A stretch of DNA of 64,000 bases from Octopus sinensis (Eukaryota). The number at the start of each line of letters is the position of its first letter. Within the stretch, counting starts at the first letter, position 1. Both the position numbers and the translations under genes were made by a program. A model generated the notes under the pieces. The model saw only the letters and a list, made by a program, of their open reading frames with translations, ran no database searches and was not told where the DNA came from. The DNA is taken from contig NC_043012.1 of the NCBI RefSeq assembly GCF_006345805.1, positions 25,296,001 through 25,360,000 on the forward strand, written 5' to 3'. Of the stretch, positions 38,706 to 51,753 are shown piece by piece.

Positions 38706-39607
38706 TTGCGTCAGAAATTAATTAGCACTTCTCAAATTTCTACATTAAATAGGTTAAATCAATTAACTTATGAGCTGTTCAAAACGTCTTACGCGATGAG
38801 AAAACTTAGTATGGTGTGATTTCGGTCCTTGCGAGGCGCTACCTATATCTATTAAACAAAGGAAGATTTATCTGCATCCGCACTCCAAGTTGTTGTTGCA
38901 CTGCTATGTCAACATCATAAGGCTGTAGACTCTCAAACTGCTCTGCAAACAAAGTTACGTCATCGTTCTGCGCAACAGTGAACTCGCAACAAAGCAATAG
39001 TTCGAGATATGGCCACTAGGTGACAGCACATACCTTGAGTGAAGAGCAAATCAAGGGTGCTAATTAATTTCTGACAGTAGTGTATATATGCATAAATATA
39101 TATAGGTATATATATCTACATATATATATATATATTAATATATACACATATTTATGTGTGTATGTGTGCGTGCGTGTGTGTGTTTGTGTATGCGTACGTG
39201 TGGGAAATACGTAATTATGAATTTGTAAACTATATCTATAATATAACAATATGGAATGAACAGGCTTTAATCCAAAGCTCAACAGCTGACATTTGATGAG
39301 TGTTTCATATATACGCATCATCATAGAAAATATAGAAATATAATCCTGCAATCGCTGTGTATACGCACGTCATCAGATGAGTGGGTGTATGTGTATGAGT
39401 GTATATATATATATATATATATATATGAATACTTGCATGTACCTGTAAGAAGGCAGGTGTTGTAACGAATGACGGTTGCAGCCACTGTTTCGAATGTTTT
39501 AATGTGTAGAGATATTAGGACCACTCGGTTCTCAAATAATTGTATTGTCCTCTGAGTAAATAAATGCTTTAAGTACACGAATTCTGTGGACCCTTGTGAG
39601 ATTCATG

Positions 39608-39700
<93 letters not shown>

Positions 39701-40578
39701 TTATCTATCTATCTATCAATCTATCTATCTATCTGTCTGTCTGTCTGTCTATCTATCTAAATATATGTCTATCTATCCGTATATCTACCTATGTACCTAC
39801 CCCTCTCCCTCTATTTCTATCTATATTTCCATCTATCCATCTATTTATCTCTCTCTCTCTCTCTCTCTCTCTCTATTTATCAATTTATCACCTTGTCTAT
39901 CAACATCCCGATCTAGAGTTCCATATATTTATCTACCTACCATCATATATGAATATGTTTATAGTATATGTATGCATATACATATACTATCGACATATAT
40001 ATATACGCACGTTTAATGTTGATTGCCGGACGAAAGGCTGCTCATTAACACAATAGAACTTGATATTTTCTTTTCGATCAGACTCATATAATTTGCTGCT
40101 GAGATTTTCTCACATTACGTGTAAAGGCTTGATCTAAGGACACACAAGATTCACTCAATGAAACAGAGACAGACTCGACCAAAATATCTGAGTGTATGTG
40201 TGTTGTATTTGTGTTTGTGATAGTCTGTATCTCGTATGACTGAACTTTTAATATTAATAAATAATAGCAAAGTCATGAAGAATGCATTAATGAAAATAAA
40301 GACGACGAACACAGCAGCAACAATAATAATAATTATAAGAGTATCACTCGTTTGTATTATAGACATGGGATCTGAAACGTTTGGGGATGGGGGTCTATAT
40401 TGATCCTAGTGCCCAAATGATACTTATTGTATCGACCCTGATAGGATAAACGACACAGCCACTTCGGACAAATTTGAACTCATAACTGAGGCAGCCACAA
40501 AAACATTGCTCCCATTATGAAACAAAACGCAGGAATATATTATATACACATATACATACTTATATGTATGTATGTATG

Positions 40579-40609
<31 letters not shown>

Positions 40610-40639
40610 ATATATATATACATATATATGTATATATAC

Positions 40640-40675
<36 letters not shown>

Positions 40676-42070
40676 ATGTGCTCAAAAGTTACAATCGACG
40701 TTATTTATAAACGGAAGTAATGGTTACTAACTACACTACAAAAGCAAAGGAATGAGTTAAGTGATTAGAAGCATGACACAGAAAACATGGAACAGAAAAC
40801 TCAACAGCAAAAACCTTTTGTCCTCGCAACTAGCCTCAGCTCGGAAATTTAACTTCAAATTTAACTTCAAAAGGAAGGCCCCCTTATCAAACTTTTTAAT
40901 ACCTCTAGTTAACCGCTTCGTTCTCTACAGAAATTACAAAGAGAAACACTTTGTGCTCTTTACTTCGAAAAGGAATTAAACAGATTTGGAAGCCTGTCTG
41001 CTATCATATCGTGATAAATATTTGCAGCTGTAATTTCCAGGTACACATCAATAATAATGCAGACAACCTCGATGTTTGATGAGTCAAAGAGTATGAAGGT
41101 GACTTGTTCGGTGCCATAACAGTGACTTCGCCAACCAATGTGCACCACAAATGTCACATGGTAGTGCTCTTCTTCAATATTTCCAGCATCTGCCAAAAAT
41201 ATTCCAAATCTTAAAACATACAGATGAAATGTAAAAAATGCCATCGTTGAATCTCGGTTTCAAAGCGAAACTTTTCTGATACTTAATTTAGTTTGCATGA
41301 AACAGATTTTGCAGTAAATTCTTGCGATCCAACTCTAAAGGTGAAACCGAAAGTCATTATAGTAACAACAGCTAACAAATCTGGTTAGTCACTTTTGTCG
41401 TACGATTTAGATGGATGTATATTGACCAAATTTCCATCAAAAACAGACCTAGCTCTTGGGTGCAATTCCCAGTAGATTGATATGCTTTGATCGCACAATT
41501 CTGTAAGGTTTGAACTAGAATTCCTATAAGTTTCAACTCTTTCCGCATACATTCTCCAAAATATATAATACTATACTGAACGAATTTATGCTCTTGAAGT
41601 CCTGCATTGTTTCTTCGCTTTGATCCAATACATTCATATCAGTATTCATCTGTTCACCCTGCAGACTACTGATTTTCACAAACTGACGCTATTTGGAATA
41701 GACAGTGCCGCATTACTAGTACAGTTCGTGGAACAGACCATTCACTCCCAGGGATTTCCCCATTGCATAGACACAGACGCAAGCACGTCAATCGATTCAT
41801 GTTCTTTAGTCGACTTTTCGTATCACACTGAATTATTGGCTGTGCCTCGTCAGAGCGTGGAGACATACAAAAGAAATTCGCCTTTTCTAATCCCATCCTC
41901 CTCGTAAATACTTCCGCTAAGTGATGTGAAAAACTCTCGCTCATGTAGCGATGTTTTTATAATTCGCTCTCACTCAAAATCACATAACAAATACCTGCCG
42001 TGGTCGACTGAATATCGAAAGCTGCGTCTTCGCCAACCAGTCCAATCGAATGTTAATCTCGCTTTCAAAT

Positions 42071-42375
42071 ATCACCGTGATCACCGTGACCGACCAGGCT
42101 ATCAGATGTTGCTACACATCGCTGGTCACAATGCGCTTCGCAGTGCTTTAGCCTTCAAATTACGCCACCCCGCTGGCTAAGCGAGCAGGCCAACAGAAGA
42201 AAGAGTGTGAGAAAGTTGTGTCGAAAGAGTACAGAAGGGATCGCCACCACCCCCTACCGGAGCCTCGTGGAACTTTAGGTGTTTTCGCTCAATAAACACT
42301 CACAACGCCAGGACTGGAAATCGATCCTACGACCGCGAGTCCGCTGCCCTAACTACTTGGGCATTGCGCCCCCAC
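42071..42375 (-). mobile_element. SINE family B with tail type 3, ending (CACGGTGAT)2
   Basis: Family B head and body in reverse complement (ggactcgcggtcgtagg, gagtgtttattgagcgaaaacacctaaag), then ttctgttggcctgctcgcttagccagcggggtggcg...cgaagcgcattgtgaccagcgatgtgtagcaacatctgatagcctgg. Confidence 0.85.
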
Positions 42376-42499
42376 ATATACCCACCTTCAAATATATCGG
42401 TGCAGAAACTGATCAACAGTTGTCATTTTGTTCTTGAGTTAGTTTTCTTCGTTTTCCCTTTTCATGTCTTGCTGAATTTCAGTTCTTCGGAGCATTTAC

Positions 42500-42900
42500 C
42501 TCTAAGGTGTACCATCACAGTGCCATAATATCAACCAGGCCAGCAGATGTTGTTGCAGGTCGCTGGCTGCAATGCGCTTCGAATTATGTCTTTACTGCAC
42601 CACTCTTTTCCATCTTGATTCAACTGCTTGGCCAAATCTTATTCCCATCGCCGCGTAAGCCTTCCAAGTGACATTTTTCGATTTCTTGAATACCACTCAG
42701 CAACTGTACGGGTCTACTTGTTCTCTGACAACCTTACAGAATGTCCGTTGCAGCGGAAATCGTGCTTTCAGTACTCTGCCATCACATTGTTCACTCCGCT
42801 CTGTTCTCGAATAACCTCATTCCGAACGTGATTCTCTAAGTTTTGGTATGCTCTGAAAAAATGAATCAGCAGGAATTTCATGCCCTTTGTCTCCCAGCTT
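42500..42900 (-). mobile_element. Decayed RTE-clade LINE 3' end
   Basis: Minus-strand translation LENHVRNEVIREQSGVNNVMAEY*KHDFRCNGHSVRLSENK*TRTVAEWYSRNRKMSLGRLTRRWE*DL fits the RTE C-terminal pattern (D/H-IRNE-IR..G..D; W-GH--R; EW-PR--KR--GRP--RW). Followed by a 3' tail at about 42535-42581. Confidence 0.75.
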
Positions 42901-44048
42901 TCTGCGGGGCAAAGTTCATGTATGAATCTATAACATCCGAGGGATGGGGTCATTATAACTTATATGTCCATTTTGACGCCCCATGACACCACTTCCCATC
43001 ATTCGTTAAACCAAGTTTAACTACTCCTTTATATTCTGATAAAACCAATTCTTTTTGCTATTCGGATGCATATAAAACTTGTTTTTATTTCTGTTGCTAC
43101 GTTCCAGATGAAGTTACTTGAACATTTGTGTGATTTTTCAATACATTACCTGTATTTTGTCTACGTTATCTAAGGGCGTTATTGTGTTTCTTTTACCTAT
43201 GTTCTGGAGCATAAATGTATAAGACAAAAGTATGTCTGATAAATTCAACCTGTGTTATGGTGACGTGTTTTAGAGTTTTTAAAGGTACGTTAGATAGTAC
43301 CCTAGATTTTATACGTTTCAATCTGAGATAATTTCTCCCAACATCCCCAGGAGATTTTATACATACTATTTTGAAGCGAGAGGATACTTTTATCGATTGC
43401 ACGCATTTTGTAGCTAGAAGAATAAAGTTGTTCTCCTCCCTCTCTCCTAGATTATTTTCTTTGGCAAAGAATTACTAAGTTTTACATAATTCACCTATCA
43501 ACATTTTTTCTTGTAGCTAAGAATTCTATCTATTGAGTTTCTATTGAAGGAAAATTTGCAGGTATTTGAAAGCAAAACAATATTTGGGTCCATGTTAAAG
43601 TTGCTACAGTTATTTCTCTTATTATAAGAGCGGTTTTCTTTTTCCAAATGACATCTTTGGGTATTTGGTAGATTTTTATATACATTTTTCAATACGTCTT
43701 TCCTTTAGCTTATTCCTTTTGTTAGTTGTATATTGATTTTGTATATTTTAGCCATCGTAGTGTTTTTGTTTCTTTTGTCCATGTGACATAAGTATGTTTA
43801 GCAGGAATGTTCGATATGAAAACGTAATGTGCGTAAATAAAACTTCGTTGAATGAACCTCGATTTCCTGGTGACATCCACCACATAGCACATAGTTAGGG
43901 CAGCCCTTTCATTGACAATTATTGATATTTTTTAATAACAAATGGAATTTTAAAAATTCATTTGGTAATAAATAAACCTTAATTTCAGAGGAAAATGAGA
44001 AACAAGTCTTTACAAAAACATCAAGTAATAATAATAATAATAATAATA

Positions 44049-44083
<35 letters not shown>

Positions 44084-44162
44084 AAGAAGAAGAAGAATTG
44101 GAGTCAACTTATACAAATACAAAGCAAAGGTCAAACATAACAACAACAACAACAACAACAAC

Positions 44163-44212
<50 letters not shown>

Positions 44213-44224
44213 TAATAATAATAA

Positions 44225-45000
44225 GAGATACACAGGAGGTTCAGGATAATATAGCATCGTGTGCATGGCTTGAACGAGGGGATGTGAAGCGTACCACCAA
44301 AATCCTAATCATTGCTGCACAAGACCAGACTCTTGCCACCAAGTCAGTGAAGTATAACACATATAAAATTTCTGACACCCAGAAATGCAGACTCTGTGGA
44401 AAGATTGTGGAAAATGTGACCAGCTTGGTAAGTGGATGTGATGGCCTTGCACAAAAACAGTACAATCGCCGCCACGATAAAATGTGTGTATATCTTCATT
44501 GGCTCTTATGCTGTAAATACCAATATGAAGAAACAGAGAACTGGTATGAGCATGTACCAAGTAAAGTTATGCAGGCGGATGGGAAAGTAACGATGCTCTG
44601 GTACTATGATTTTGAGATTGATCGTGTAATGGAACACCGTCGGCCGGATATTGTTGTATTGAATAAGAGAGAAAAATACCGTCAGATCATTGGATGTAAC
44701 CGTACCAAATGACGAAAATGTTGTGAGTAAAGAGATTGGAAAAATCACCAAGTACTCTGAATTGAAAGTGGAAATGGCAAGACTGTATGGAATGCGAGAG
44801 GGTAATGTAAAAGTGATACCAGTGGTGATCGGATCGTTGGGCTCAATCCCATTGGAACTTCGAGACTTCTTAAGGCAGCTGGAAATCCCATGGGCACAGT
44901 GAACATCACATCTTAAGGAAAGTATTATTTGTCTGAGATCCTTGTTTGGACTTGACAGATGACTAAAGACTACGGGTCATTTTACCTACACTGTGTTACG
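44225..45000 (+). mobile_element. R4/Dong-clade (RLE) non-LTR retrotransposon, 5'-truncated 3' fragment
   Basis: WLERGDVKRTTKILIIAAQDQTL, zinc-knuckle CRLC..ENVTSLVSGC (His replaced by Ser), YNRRHD, RRPDIVV, DVTVPNDENVVSKEIGKITKYSEL, VIPVVIGSLG. One frameshift near 44700. Flanked by (AAT)n on both sides. Confidence 0.9.
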
Positions 45001-45020
45001 AAGGAATAATATTGATAATA

Positions 45021-45082
<62 letters not shown>

Positions 45083-45537
45083 CATTACAATGATGGTGAT
45101 GATAATGCTGTCCACAGCAATAATAATAATAATAATGATAATCTGCTATAGGGAAAAGTCCAGCAATATTGAGGCGAATGGTTGAAGCTGATAATGCGAA
45201 CCTCCTGTAATTGATTTCTACGTTATTTTATCGACCCCTGAGGCACCAAAAGCCAAGTTGATATTCCGAGGATTTGCATGCAGGATTTGCATAAACAGCC
45301 TGAAGAAATAATCTAAAGCATCCATTATAACATTTGAGGATTATCCCAATGATGATGGTGTTAAGGAGGAGGAAGAGAAGAAGGATGAAAATGATAATGA
45401 AGATGAAGATGATGATGATGATGATGATGATGGTGCTGGTGGTGGTGATGCTGCTGCTGCTTCTGATAATAATAATAATAATAATAACAATAATAACGAT
45501 GATGATGATGATGATGATGATGAAGATTGTGATGATG

Positions 45538-45569
<32 letters not shown>

Positions 45570-45593
45570 GTTTAAAAAGAAACATGCCTGGTA

Positions 45594-46013
45594 ATTAACA
45601 AACCTGACAGTGTTGTAGTGAGCAGAAAAGAAAAAACAAAACATAGCTGATAAATGACACAGCATGACCAGGTGACCAGAGGAGTGAAGAGAAAGAAGAA
45701 AAGAAAGTGAATAGTTATGATGAACTGAAGCTGGAAATACGCAGGTTGTGAGCAGTGAAAAAAAAATGGTTGGACGTGATACCAATAGTGATTGGCACGT
45801 TTGGAAGAATTGGTGCCCAAATACCAACGCGGCTCAAAAAGGTTGATACAGATGTTGAGACAGATACCTAGAAAAATCACTTTAGCTTCAAACAACCAAG
45901 AATAATCCGCAGGTTTCATGAAGCATGATCGGTAAAGAAATATCTAAGTCTGCTGGCTGTAAGCAGTTGACACTGTCCATCATACTCAGCAAAGCTGAGA
46001 GTTTTTCACGATA
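45594..46013 (+). mobile_element. R4/Dong-clade RLE-domain fragment, decayed
   Basis: Reads KPDSVVVSRKEK...PGDQRSEEKEEKKVNSYDELKLEIRRL*...VIPIVIGTFG with stops and shifts. Bounded by (GAT)n upstream and (TAC)n/(TAA)n downstream. Confidence 0.7.
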
Positions 46014-46046
<33 letters not shown>

Positions 46047-46067
46047 CACTACTACTACTACTACTAC

Positions 46068-46143
<76 letters not shown>

Positions 46144-46179
46144 GCTAATAATAATAATAATAATAATACTGATGATGAT

Positions 46180-46430
46180 GATACCATCAGATGACAATGT
46201 TTCCCCAAAAAGAAACAGAAACTTTCAAACTAGATAGATCTGGAAGTAGAAGTAATTCGAATGTGAAACCTAAAAACAGAAACAATTCCTATAATAGTCG
46301 ACGCATTATGTATGATGAAATAAATACACACAAATGCATTACCAAAAGGACAGGACTTACAAGTTTATATAACATACAAAAAATAGCACTACTAGGCACT
46401 GCACACATCATGTGTAAAGTACAGCAAAAA
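46180..46430 (+). mobile_element. R4/Dong-clade C-terminal fragment, decayed
   Basis: IPSDDNVSPK.., ETIPIIV, GLTSLYNIQKIALLGTAHIMCK, inside (AAT)/(GAT) repeats. Confidence 0.75.
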
Positions 46431-46779
46431 TAAAAAGGTAGTGCAGTGAAAGCACGTGATAAGAATAAAACCACTGAATAATAATAATAATGATGATGTT
46501 AATGATGAAAACAACAACAACAACAATAATAATGATGATAATATTGATAATAATTTTAACTTTTTTTTCTTTTTCTTTCCTCTATTTTTAATTTTTACAT
46601 CACATGACTCGGTAAATGAACAATTTTGTGGTTTGTTTTAAAGGCCTGTCAATGTATGCAGTGAGTTTCTTTGCCCTTGGTATCGCGAATGCACTCGGCA
46701 AGAACAAGAAACAAAATTGAAAGAAGAAAAACTAATAATAATTGTAATACTAATACTAATAATAATAATAATAATGATG

Positions 46780-46839
<60 letters not shown>

Positions 46840-46840
<1 letters not shown>

Positions 46841-46944
46841 GTGCCCTGGGAATGATAGCAAAAGGGGCTGATTGCTACCTAACTCAGATACCAGGAAACC
46901 CCAAAATGGCAGAAATTCAAAAGATAGTGGTCATGGGAACTATA
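46840..46944 (+). mobile_element. Short R4/Dong-clade C-terminal fragment
   Basis: ALGMIAKGADCYLTQIPGNPKMAEIQKIVVMGT, directly after a long (AAT)n and followed by AAT-rich repeat. Confidence 0.7.
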
Positions 46945-47197
46945 TAATTATAATAATAATAATATAAATTATAATAGTTATAATAATAATAATAATTTGG
47001 GTTTGGCTCAGTTTCGGTCTCATTCCTGGTTGGAATTATGTGGGTAGCGGGTTACTACCTGTAAGTTTGTCTCCTAGGCATAGCAAGGAATATCAGGAGA
47101 GTTCTAAGCAATTGAAAGACTATAAAAAAACTTGTAGATACATAAGGTTACAATGTAGTAACCCGCTACTCCATTCATCCTACAGGAATTCATCCTA

Positions 47198-47486
47198 CAG
47201 GACTTATTCTACCCATCTTTTGTGCCGAACCGCTAAGTTACGGGGACATATAGACACCAGCATATGTTGTCAAGCGATGTTGGAAGGACAAACATAGACA
47301 CATACACACTATATATATATATATAACGGGCTTCTTTCAGTTTCCGTCTACCAAATCCACTCACAAGGCTTTGTCGGTCCGAGACTATAGTAGAAGACAC
47401 TTGTCCAAGGTGCCAAGCAGTGGGACTGAACCCAGAACAATGTGGTTCGTAAGCAAGCTAGTTACCACACAGCCACAACTGCGCCT
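47198..47486 (-). mobile_element. SINE family A lacking the extreme 3' tail
   Basis: caggacttattcta...gccgaaccgctaagttacgggg...ccaaatccactcacaaggcttt...cacagccacaactgcgcct. Confidence 0.85.
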
Positions 47487-48098
47487 ATATACACGTACTT
47501 GACATACTGTCCTAGAACTGGGATGAAAGCACATTGAAGTCTTTTTTTTACCTAAGTATAACCTGTAACAAAAAAGTACTAGAATATGGAGAATGTAACA
47601 GATAACAGAGTGAGTGATAATTGCAGCCCTAAGAATGGTGAATGATGCGAAAAAAAGCAGAGAAGACGCGCCAGCGCTTACAACGCTATACGCTGTTCAA
47701 AATTACAGTTTTAGCTAGAACTGTTAGCATTTTGCGGGAGACAATTTTTGATCAATAACAGAGCTCAAATAATAGTCATCATTCACAACATGCGCCCTAT
47801 ACAGTGAGGATCTAATAAAATATAATGATACAATTCTAGTTATATAAAGACTACAAGAGTAATTCCCAATAAAATGCCACAATGCCATTAAATATACCAC
47901 ATGGAGCAGTACTATCAATTACATCACGTGAACAAGCTAAATCCCCAAACAAACAAATACAGAACACTAACCCGGGGAGTCTATATAGTCTCCAAATACA
48001 CATAGAATAAGACAAGGCCATACCACAAACACTTTAGGAACATAGCAGTTGGCCAGGTGACTAAATATAAGGTCGCGTGTGTTGTATTGTATTTGTGC

Positions 48099-48484
48099 GT
48101 GGAGGCGCAATGGTCCAGTGGTTAGGGCAGCGGACTCGCGGTCATAGGATCGCGGTTTCGATTCCCAGACCGGGCATTGTGAGTGTTTATTGAGCGAAAA
48201 CACCTAAAGCTCCACGAGGCTCCGGCAGGAATGGTGGTGATCCCTGCTTTACTCTTTCACCACAACTTTCTCTCACTCTTACTTCCTGTTTCTGTTGTAC
48301 CTGTTCTTCAAAGGGCCGGCCTTGTTACACTCTGTGTCACGCTGAATATCCCCGAGAACTACGTTAAGGGTACACGTGTCTGTGGAGTGCTCAGCCACTT
48401 ACACGTTAATTTCACGAGCAGGCTGTTCCGTTGATTCGGATCAACCGGAACCCTCGTCGTCGTAACCGACGGAGTGCTTCCCAC
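48099..48484 (+). mobile_element. SINE family B with tail type 1, full-length with TSD
   Basis: Perfect 13-bp TSD attgtatttgtgc (48086-48098, 48485-48497). Head gtggaggcgcaatggtccagtggttagggcagcggactcgcggtc; tail ends ccctcgtcgtcgtaaccgacggagtgc. Confidence 0.9.
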
Positions 48485-48499
48485 ATTGTATTTGTGCAA

Positions 48500-49370
48500 C
48501 ATTATTAAAGTGTGGAACAAAATGTAAGCACTTGCTTGTATGTAGTATTCACGATGAAGAATGGAGCAGGAAAAACTGAATGGAGAAATGATGAGCTGAA
48601 GGGAATCAAGAGAAAATCAAGTATGCAGTTGAGGTCACATAAAAGCAAGCATCGCAAGTGATCGCCATTTGTACTGGAAATGAAGCTGGAGGTGGACGAA
48701 GGTTAATGAGAGTCGAAATGGCAGTAAATCTGAAGGAGAAGTGTAGGAAACTATCTCAAAGAAAAAGAAGAAAATAGAACACTTCTTAATGGGTTATTAC
48801 AGAAATCAAACTTCGAAGGAAATAAACGTCGTTCAGCATTTGTTTTCATACAAATACAAATGATATAACGAATAAGTAGGTCAGATAGCTGTCAGGTAAA
48901 CAATGAGGTACTGAAGTAGGAAAACGGGGGTGGTGGGGAGTGACCTTGACAGTAAATGAATAGAGCAAGAGCATGATAGATCAACAAAGCTACTCAGGCA
49001 AATATGCAGAATGTTTGAAATCAAATGAAATCATAATTCACTTCATATTGCAATGTCTACAGTGAGACGAAAATGTATAAAAACTGTTGTTATGATGAGA
49101 TTGTTGTAATAATAAACTGAATTTTTTGGAGGAAATATGGTGCTGCATGTGCGATGAAAGAAATAATGAATTAGTTGGTATAGAAATGCAAGTTCTTGAA
49201 AGACTTTCCTATAAAATGCAATAGAATAGACCTCAACAAGTAGAATATTGAAGTCATTGAGAAGAAGAAACTGCTTTGATTGACGGAGCATTGCCCTTTG
49301 GCGCCCAGAGTAAAACAAAGAAAACGATCAAGTAAAGCATTATAGCGACTTGATGTCTGAAATCCTCAAG
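48500..49370 (+). mobile_element. Highly decayed R4-clade fragment (RT thumb to RLE)
   Basis: Broken frames give GAGKTEWRNDELKGI, GGGRRLMRVE and LLIDGALP...KHYSDLMSEI-like segments. Many stops, so the boundaries are soft. Confidence 0.45.
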
Positions 49371-50702
49371 CGTAAGTTTAGTCCTTTCTTGCCAAAAAAA
49401 TGAGCTGATCGATATTTACAATAGTTTTGTCAGATATCGGAATAGGTTCTGTGCTCATCGATGACACATTCTATTGCTTGCAGCTCCAGCATTACCATAC
49501 CTGTGATGCATAGTCCAAACAAAACCATCCAGCTTACTATAGTATTGTGAAACCAATTTATTTAGGAAATTGTCTATAAACACTGAATGGCGCATGTTCC
49601 AGACTGATTACGCAAACTTCCTTCGTCGGCGCCAACTATCACTCCCATATTATTACCACTCATACTATCTACCAGCCTGCTACATATATACCATAACACT
49701 CAATATACCGTAACAATCAACTTTGATTTTTACCTGTCGTAAATATTGTGCAACATAATGGTGTGCTACGTGAATAGTTGTCACGTATGATCAACACCAG
49801 CGTCTAGGAATCTATGTAGATGTATCAGTGTCATTCCGTGATCGAGTTTCATAAGTCATGACACGACGAACTACCATTTGAAAGATTGTAGGCAGTAGAT
49901 TTATCTCCTAACCAGCGGGGACTTCGTTCTTCTCCAAGAAACGAACGATTATGCATCCAGTCAAATTAGATATTTAACTCTGGGTGTTACCCCAACGATG
50001 AGTCATTGGTAAAATACAGAAAACCTATAGATGCTAGTATATTTCCGCGCACTACTCCTAGTTACATTCATTTTAATCTATTGCAATGTATGATTCTCCA
50101 CACTGCTCACAACGCCTTGTTAGTATTACCAAACTCGATGTCTGATCTGACCAACATTCACATACTTCAACATTTAAACTGATGGTTATAAGCTCTTTGC
50201 ATTTTGCCGGTATATGCATAATCTCGCTACATTCTTGTACTTATCCACAATGCTAAACAGCAGCTCGGTTTTAAAACGTATTTCACTGAATGTGACAGAT
50301 TTCATCTGCTGTCTTCTGTCCCAATTTACGTATAGTACTCCTCGGCGTCTCCACCACTTCGTCTCAAACGTTCTATCGCTAAAACCTATAGAAGGCTTGA
50401 AACGTAAAAGACTTTCTCACTTCCCGAGTGTTAAACTAATGCATCTGTTTGTTGTCTTCGTCTTTTGTTTGTTTTTGTAAATTCGCACTATAGACGAGGA
50501 TTCTAGATGAGTGGAATGCGCTATGCGACCGGTTTAGTTAAATCGCTATTTTGTTTCACCATCAATCAAATATGTTACTGTAAATTGTTACGAGTCTGTA
50601 TCGAATACACGAGTCCGCTCTCCTAACCACTGAGCCATTGCGCCTACACACACACATATATATATACATACATACATACATACATACACACACACATATA
50701 TA

Positions 50703-50741
<39 letters not shown>

Positions 50742-50995
50742 TATATATATGCATATTTACGTGTGTATACGTAAATGTCTCTGAATACTACTTCCAATCC
50801 CACTTGTACGGTAATTTGTTTAGATTTCACATTTTACTGTCGTCGTCGTCGTAGTAGTAGTAGTAGTGGTAGTAGTAGTGGTAGTATACTACGAATGTTG
50901 CTACTACTACTACTACTACTACACTACTGCTGCTGCTACTATAGCTACTAGTACTAATATTGCTGCTGCTACTACTAATACTACTACTATTACTA

Positions 50996-51026
<31 letters not shown>

Positions 51027-51394
51027 ACCTACTACTACTACTACTACTACTACAACTACAACTACTACTACTACTACTACTACACCTACTACTACTACAA
51101 CAACAACTACTACTACTATTACTACTACTGCTGCTACTACTACGTTCTAGATTCACTTGTGGTTCATTGGGCGATCCGAGCTATAATAAAAGAAAGCGCA
51201 TACCAAAATGTCCTGAGGTGTGACTGAGAGCGAACTGGAAGCCATAATCGCATGAAAACATGTTTGTTAATGACTTCTGCAATGCTGCATGTACATACTC
51301 ACAAGTACTGAACAAGTGAACGTTTGCTTTTCCCGATCGTCTTTCGACGTCTGGTCAGTGTTTATATACATCGTATTTATATTCATTTTTAACG

Positions 51395-51398
<4 letters not shown>

Positions 51399-51455
<57 letters not shown>

Positions 51456-51718
51456 TTGAGGTTTGAAATGGACGTAACTGCTATCTCTAGGCCGAAATGT
51501 TAATGTAAGATTGAGTGATGCCAATGTGTTTGTTTGTAATGGCAGCGACATTTTGACAAAGTTGTTTTAGCTGCGAGGTTCAGAACCTCGTTTTGAAACC
51601 GCATTATTTCCTGAGCCCACCCCATTATGCAGCATAGTCAGCTAGTGCCCTCCACGATAAACCAGAGATGATCAATACGTTATGTTTTAATTTAGTACAG
51701 AAATACAGTGTGGAAACC

Positions 51719-51753
<35 letters not shown>

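Larger units (their letters stand above)
43995..47000. repeat. Trinucleotide microsatellite field: (AAT)n, (GAT)n, (AAC)n, (TAC)n
   Basis: Long AAT-family tracts interleaved with R4-clade fragments. Similar tracts at 50838-51145 (TAC), 56720-56860 and 63035-63322. Confidence 0.95.

Noticed and set aside
45272-45292. Tandem octamer motifs ATTTGCAT x2
   Set aside because: They sit in a decayed SINE-C where ggaatttgaac has mutated and duplicated over 13 bp; no independent regulatory evidence.
48099-48175. tRNA-like sequence at the SINE-B head (also the A, C and D heads)
   Set aside because: A/B-box-like motifs run on into SINE bodies with TSDs, and no complete cloverleaf or acceptor stem is evident.
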